Shown here: positions 30,654 to 34,814 of the stretch, piece by piece
Layout of the letters: each line of letters begins with the position of its first letter
How positions within the stretch are numbered: the stretch's first letter is position 1
From: Microcystaceae cyanobacterium
Lineage (GTDB): Bacteria > Cyanobacteriota > Cyanobacteriia > Cyanobacteriales > Microcystaceae
Length of the DNA: 34,814 bases
Reading direction: 5' to 3'
Assembly (NCBI GenBank): GCA_041746575.1
Contig: JBGTGT010000074.1
Coordinates: 1-34,814, forward strand
Position numbers and translations under genes: made by a program
Notes under the pieces: model-generated
The model's database searches: none
What the model was told of the DNA's origin: nothing
The model's input: the letters and a program-made list of their open reading frames with translations, nothing else

Positions 30654-33545
30654 ATGAATTTAACACAAGTTGGCGGATTATGCTTAATCTTAATCGTTGT
30701 GCCAATTTTAGGCGCATTACCGCTAATTCAAGGAATTTTTGGGGTCTGCACAGGTCGCAATTTAAAGCAACTTGGAACAGGCAATATTTCAGTATCAGCA
30801 GCTTTTTATCACGGCGGGACAATTATCGGTATTTTAGCTGTCTTATCAGAAGCCAGTAAGGGCATTCTTGCGGTTTTACTCGCTCGCTTTTTTTTTCAAG
30901 GTGATCCCACTTGGGAATTATTATCCCTGATGGCATTAGTAATAGGACGCTATTGGGGCGGCAAAGGTGCAGGAGTAACTAACGTATTTTGGGGGATGAT
31001 GGTGCATGATTGGCAAGCAACCCTTTTATCTGCCTTAATCGGACTGGTTAGCTTTACCCTATTTCGAGAAAGACGGTCTGGCCAATTTGCCATTCTATTT
31101 ATTTTGGTATTGGTGTTAACTTTGCGTCATCCTTATAATCAGACGTATATTGGCATGGCGTTCCTGTTGATGGCTTTACTGGCATGGATATTACGACGGA
31201 TGCCCGATGATTTAACGTTGCCGGACACGGGTGTTTCATCAGATGCAAAACAAATGTTTCAATTTTTCCGAGGCGATAAGGCCTTAATTTCCTTAAATCA
31301 AAAGTTAAAAGCGAATAAAGTCGGACAAAAAGCGGCGAATTTATCTAAAATTAAACGCTTAGGTTATGCCGTTCCCGATGGTTGGGTTTTACTACCTGGG
31401 GATGACCCCCAAGCGGTGATTGATTGTCTTGATGTTTCCATCCATAACCCATTCGTGGTTCGGTCATCTGCAATGGGAGAAGATGGAGAAAATGCTTCAT
31501 CAGCCGGACAGTATTTAAGTATTTTAAATATTACTACTAAAGAAACTTTAAAAAATGCAATTTTTGATTGTTTAGGCTCTTATAACCGAGTAAATGCCCG
31601 TCAGTATCGTCAAGATTTTCAGCAAATTGAGCAAGAAATGGCGATTTTGATTCAGCGACAAGTGCAAGGGGTCTTCTCTGGCGTTGCTTTTAGCCGAGAT
31701 CCCGTCAATCCTTGGCATAAGGGCGTCATTATCGAAGCATTACCCGGTGATGCCACTCAAATTGTCTCAGGACACTTTACCCCTGAACGCTATGAGGTTG
31801 AATTAGAAAAAGAAAACAAAATTACGCCCCTAAATGATCAGACAGGAGATATTCCTGCTTCTATTCTCGAAAAAGTCGCTCAAATTGCCAGAGAACTTGA
31901 AAAACACTATCAAGGTATCCCGCAAGATATTGAATGGAGTTACGACGGAACAGAACTTTGGCTCTTACAAACCCGTCCGATTACCACAAATACCCCAATT
32001 TGGACTCGAAAAATTGCCTCAGAAGTGATTCCGGGGGTGATTCGTCCGTTAACGTGGTCTATTAACCGTCCTGTTACCTGTGGTGTCTGGGGAGATTTAT
32101 TTACACTGGTTTTAGGTAAACGCGCTCAGGGATTAAATTTTGCTGAAACCGCAACTTTACACTATCAACGAGCGTATTTCAATGCCACCTTATTAGGGGA
32201 GATTTTCCTTAAAATGGGATTACCCCCTGAAAGCTTAGAATTCCTGATAAGAGGGGCAAAATTCACTAAACCGCCCTTAATCGCTACTTTACGCAATATG
32301 CCAGGATTATGGCGTTTATTGCAACGGGAATGGTCCTTAGAACGGGATTTTCAGCGAGATAATCAACGGTATTTTCAACCTCTTTTAACTCATTTAGCCC
32401 ATAGTACTTCAGAAAATCGAACGGTTAAACAAATTCATCATCGTATTAAGTCAATACTCTCGATTTTACCTAAAATTACCTATTACAGTATTCTTTCTCC
32501 CTTAAGCTTTGCCCTCCGTCAAAGTCTTTTCCGTATTCCCTTTGAACAATTAGACCCAAGCCAAAGTCCTGAAATTGCCTCTATTCGAGCCTTAGCCGCT
32601 TTAGCAGACCAAGAAAGAAAGTTATTGCCAATGGATCAATTAGAAGTTAGTGATTGTGCATCTTTATTTGCTTACTTGGCTGAAAATCCCGACGGAAAGA
32701 CGATTTTAGATCAATTTCAAGACTGGTTACAAGACTACGGTTACTTAGGAGAAGTTGGGACGGATATTGCCGTTCCCCGTTGGCGTGATAATCCCCATCC
32801 CGTTCGAGAATTATTCAGTCAGTTCTTATTGAATCCTGAGCTGGCGACTAAAGCTCAAATAAAGACCGTTACCCCCTCGAAGAAGCCTCCTAAAGCTTTG
32901 CAAAACCGTCTTCACCTCAAAGGAAAGGTCACGGCAGTTTATGCTTGTTTTCTGGCTCAATTGCGCTGGCAATTCCTCGATTTAGCCCGTCTTTGGTGTC
33001 AGCAGGGTCTTTTAGAAACAGAAGATGAGATTTTTTTCCTAGAATTTCCGGACATTGAAGCGTTAATCAGCGAAGATAACCCCGACTTACGCAACACTTT
33101 AGCTCAACGATTGCAAGACCGACAAAACCAGTATTCTCATTATCTGTCTTTAGAACACATTCCCTTTGTGTTGTATGGTAATCGTCCCCCTTCGATTCCT
33201 TTGATACCTAATGAAGAAAATACTGATTATTTAGAGGGAATTGGCGCAAGTTCTGGGATTGTTGAAGGAACAGTTCAGATTTGCTTTGATTTAAGTGATA
33301 TAAACCAAGTGGATTCTAACGTGATTGTGGTTGTCCCTTCTACCGATGCCGGTTGGACTCCTTTATTAGCCAAAGCAGGTGGAATTATTGCAGAAGTGGG
33401 GGGAATGTTATCTCATGGTGCAATTATTGCCCGTGAATACGCTATTCCTGCGGTTATGGATGTTCCCCATGCCACTCAGCGCCTGAAAAATGGCCAACGT
33501 ATCCGGATGGATGGTCAACAAGGACTTATCTTTCTTCTAAAATAA
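30654..33545 (+). CDS. Fusion of PlsY-like glycerol-3-phosphate acyltransferase domain with an RPH/PigC-type dikinase (ATP-grasp, central domain, phospho-His swivel)
   Basis: N-terminal ~180 aa hydrophobic with GTGN, EASKG, GGKG, RHPYN. Then GQKAANL, VRSSA.GED...SAGQY, PQDIEW, LLQTRPIT. C-terminal TDAGWTP...GGMLSHGAIIAREY (His921). Confidence 0.88.
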   Translation: MNLTQVGGLCLILIVVPILGALPLIQGIFGVCTGRNLKQLGTGNISVSAAFYHGGTIIGILAVLSEASKGILAVLLARFFFQGDPTWELLSLMALVIGRYWGGKGAGVTNVFWGMMVHDWQATLLSALIGLVSFTLFRERRSGQFAILFILVLVLTLRHPYNQTYIGMAFLLMALLAWILRRMPDDLTLPDTGVSSDAKQMFQFFRGDKALISLNQKLKANKVGQKAANLSKIKRLGYAVPDGWVLLPGDDPQAVIDCLDVSIHNPFVVRSSAMGEDGENASSAGQYLSILNITTKETLKNAIFDCLGSYNRVNARQYRQDFQQIEQEMAILIQRQVQGVFSGVAFSRDPVNPWHKGVIIEALPGDATQIVSGHFTPERYEVELEKENKITPLNDQTGDIPASILEKVAQIARELEKHYQGIPQDIEWSYDGTELWLLQTRPITTNTPIWTRKIASEVIPGVIRPLTWSINRPVTCGVWGDLFTLVLGKRAQGLNFAETATLHYQRAYFNATLLGEIFLKMGLPPESLEFLIRGAKFTKPPLIATLRNMPGLWRLLQREWSLERDFQRDNQRYFQPLLTHLAHSTSENRTVKQIHHRIKSILSILPKITYYSILSPLSFALRQSLFRIPFEQLDPSQSPEIASIRALAALADQERKLLPMDQLEVSDCASLFAYLAENPDGKTILDQFQDWLQDYGYLGEVGTDIAVPRWRDNPHPVRELFSQFLLNPELATKAQIKTVTPSKKPPKALQNRLHLKGKVTAVYACFLAQLRWQFLDLARLWCQQGLLETEDEIFFLEFPDIEALISEDNPDLRNTLAQRLQDRQNQYSHYLSLEHIPFVLYGNRPPSIPLIPNEENTDYLEGIGASSGIVEGTVQICFDLSDINQVDSNVIVVVPSTDAGWTPLLAKAGGIIAEVGGMLSHGAIIAREYAIPAVMDVPHATQRLKNGQRIRMDGQQGLIFLLK

Positions 33546-33790
33546 CGTGAGTTCGACGGAGTTAAAAACCACTTTGATCATACCAAAAATTCAAGTCAAA
33601 GCATTAAAGTTTTGGCGGTTATCTTAAATAGCAATCGCTAACAATCAAGACAAAAATTGTAGCTAAAAAAGAGCAGAAGGCAAGGCCACCTTTCCTTTAT
33701 GCTCCAAATCTAGTGATGGTTTTTGAGGTAAATAATATGAAATCGCAAAAAGAATGCTATAAATAAGAGAAGGGAAATAAGGAGGAGAAA

Positions 33791-34303
33791 ATGTCAGGAG
33801 TTTTAAAAATAGAGATAGCGGAATCGGTGGAAACTCTCAAAGAAAAGCTAAAAAAAGAGAGAAATAGCCGCAATCAGCACAAAATCCAAGTCTTATACTG
33901 GCTAAAGACTAAGCAAGCTGAGTCAGTTGAACATTTAGCCGTGTTGACTGGCAAGCATCGAACAACAATATCTAGATGGCTAAGTCAGTACCGTGCGGGC
34001 GGCATCGAAGAACTGTTATTGCTGAAAAAGAGTAGCGGAAGAAGCCGAGTCATTCCGCCGGAAATCGAAGCCAAGCTGCAAGAAGAATTAAAAGATAAAG
34101 AAGGATTTTCTAGCTATAAAGAAATCCAAACCTGGCTGAAAGTGTGTGGGGATTTAGAGGTGGATTACCGACTAGTACACAAGTTAGTAAGATACCGACT
34201 GAAAGGGAAGTTAAAAGTGCCAAGGCCCGTTCACGTTAAACAAGAGCCAGAAGCGGTAGAAACCTTTAAAAAAAACTCGGAGAAAAGCTTAATAAAACGT
34301 TAG
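33791..34303 (+). CDS. IS630 transposase N-terminal (helix-turn-helix) ORF
   Basis: AAGGAGG RBS. HRTTISRWLSQYRAGGIEELL, GFSSYKEIQ.W, KLKVPRP. Ends shortly after TTT-A8-C (FKK). Confidence 0.9.
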   Translation: MSGVLKIEIAESVETLKEKLKKERNSRNQHKIQVLYWLKTKQAESVEHLAVLTGKHRTTISRWLSQYRAGGIEELLLLKKSSGRSRVIPPEIEAKLQEELKDKEGFSSYKEIQTWLKVCGDLEVDYRLVHKLVRYRLKGKLKVPRPVHVKQEPEAVETFKKNSEKSLIKR

Positions 34304-34814
34304 AAAACCATCGTGAAAAAAGGGAAAAATATCCAAAAGGTCAGATACTGGTGCGAAGATGAGTCGCGAATTGGCTTAATCACGCTCTGGGCTAGAAAGC
34401 TAACAGCAAGGGGAATTCAGCCAGTTGGAATAGAACAATGGTGCTTTGATTATTTGTGGTTATACGGAATGGTCGAACCCAAAACAGGAGAGAGCTTTTT
34501 TACAGAAATTTCTCATGTAGATGGAGTTTGTTTTGAGCACTATTTGAAATGGTTTGCTAAAAAATATCCTGACGAGCTACACATTATACAATTAGATAAT
34601 GGTCGTTTACATACCTGGTCAGAGTTAGAAGTTCCTGAGAATATCATTTTATTATTTCAACCCCCTTACAGCCCGCAAGTCAATCCCATTGAACGATTGT
34701 GGAAAGAAATCAAGAAGCATCTCAAGTGGGAATTGTTTAATAATTCAGAGGAATTAAGAAGTAAATTATCTCAAGTTTTGTTAGAATTAACCTCAACAAC
34801 AATTGCTTCAATCA
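34304..34814 (+). CDS. IS630 transposase DDE catalytic region (3' truncated by the window; possibly pseudogenised)
   Basis: Open frame from 34304 to the window end, KTIVKKGKNIQKVRYWCEDESRIGL...LDNG...PPYSPQVNPIERLWKEIK, in the same frame as ORF A and after its TAG. Confidence 0.85.

Larger units (their letters stand above)
33629..34814 (+). mobile_element. IS630 family insertion sequence, right end outside the window; left boundary approximate
   Basis: HTH-type ORF followed by DDE region (YWCEDESRIG, QLDNGRLH, PPYSPQVNPIERLW). Left end guessed at TA-GCAATCGC; it cannot be confirmed without the right terminal repeat. Confidence 0.85.

Noticed and set aside
1..34814. CRISPR array, tRNA, rRNA, prophage or defence genes
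   Set aside because: No regularly spaced direct repeats, cloverleaf or rRNA-like segments, or cas/phage motifs were seen. The helicase is a housekeeping Ski2/HelY type.

Overview
A 34.8 kb stretch of a cyanobacterial chromosome. The assignment rests on at least 13 HIP1 GCGATCGC octamers and on cyanobacterial signature genes (ldpA, ycf66, a ycf45-like ATPase, DUF4327, DUF4079, DUF760, a Sll0418-type MPBQ/MSBQ methyltransferase). Most of it is housekeeping or conserved: argB, gcvH, remA-gmk-clpP, dxr, gltX, lnt, a Ski2/HelY-like helicase and a GHL10 glycosyl hydrolase. The most unusual part is 26.7-33.5 kb, with three consecutive + strand genes of odd architecture: (1) a glutaminase fused to STAS and cyclic-nucleotide-binding domains; (2) a GAF 'histidine kinase' with Gln in place of the phospho-His and a degenerate ATPase domain; (3) a 963-aa fusion of a PlsY-like membrane acyltransferase to a complete rifampin-phosphotransferase/PigC-type dikinase. 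Other points are a pta 5' remnant cut exactly at the stop codon of a convergent sulfotransferase gene, a family of short intergenic REP-like hairpins, and an IS630 element at the right edge whose DDE domain is not in the frame reached by the usual -1 frameshift. All family assignments come from motif recognition by eye; no searches were run.
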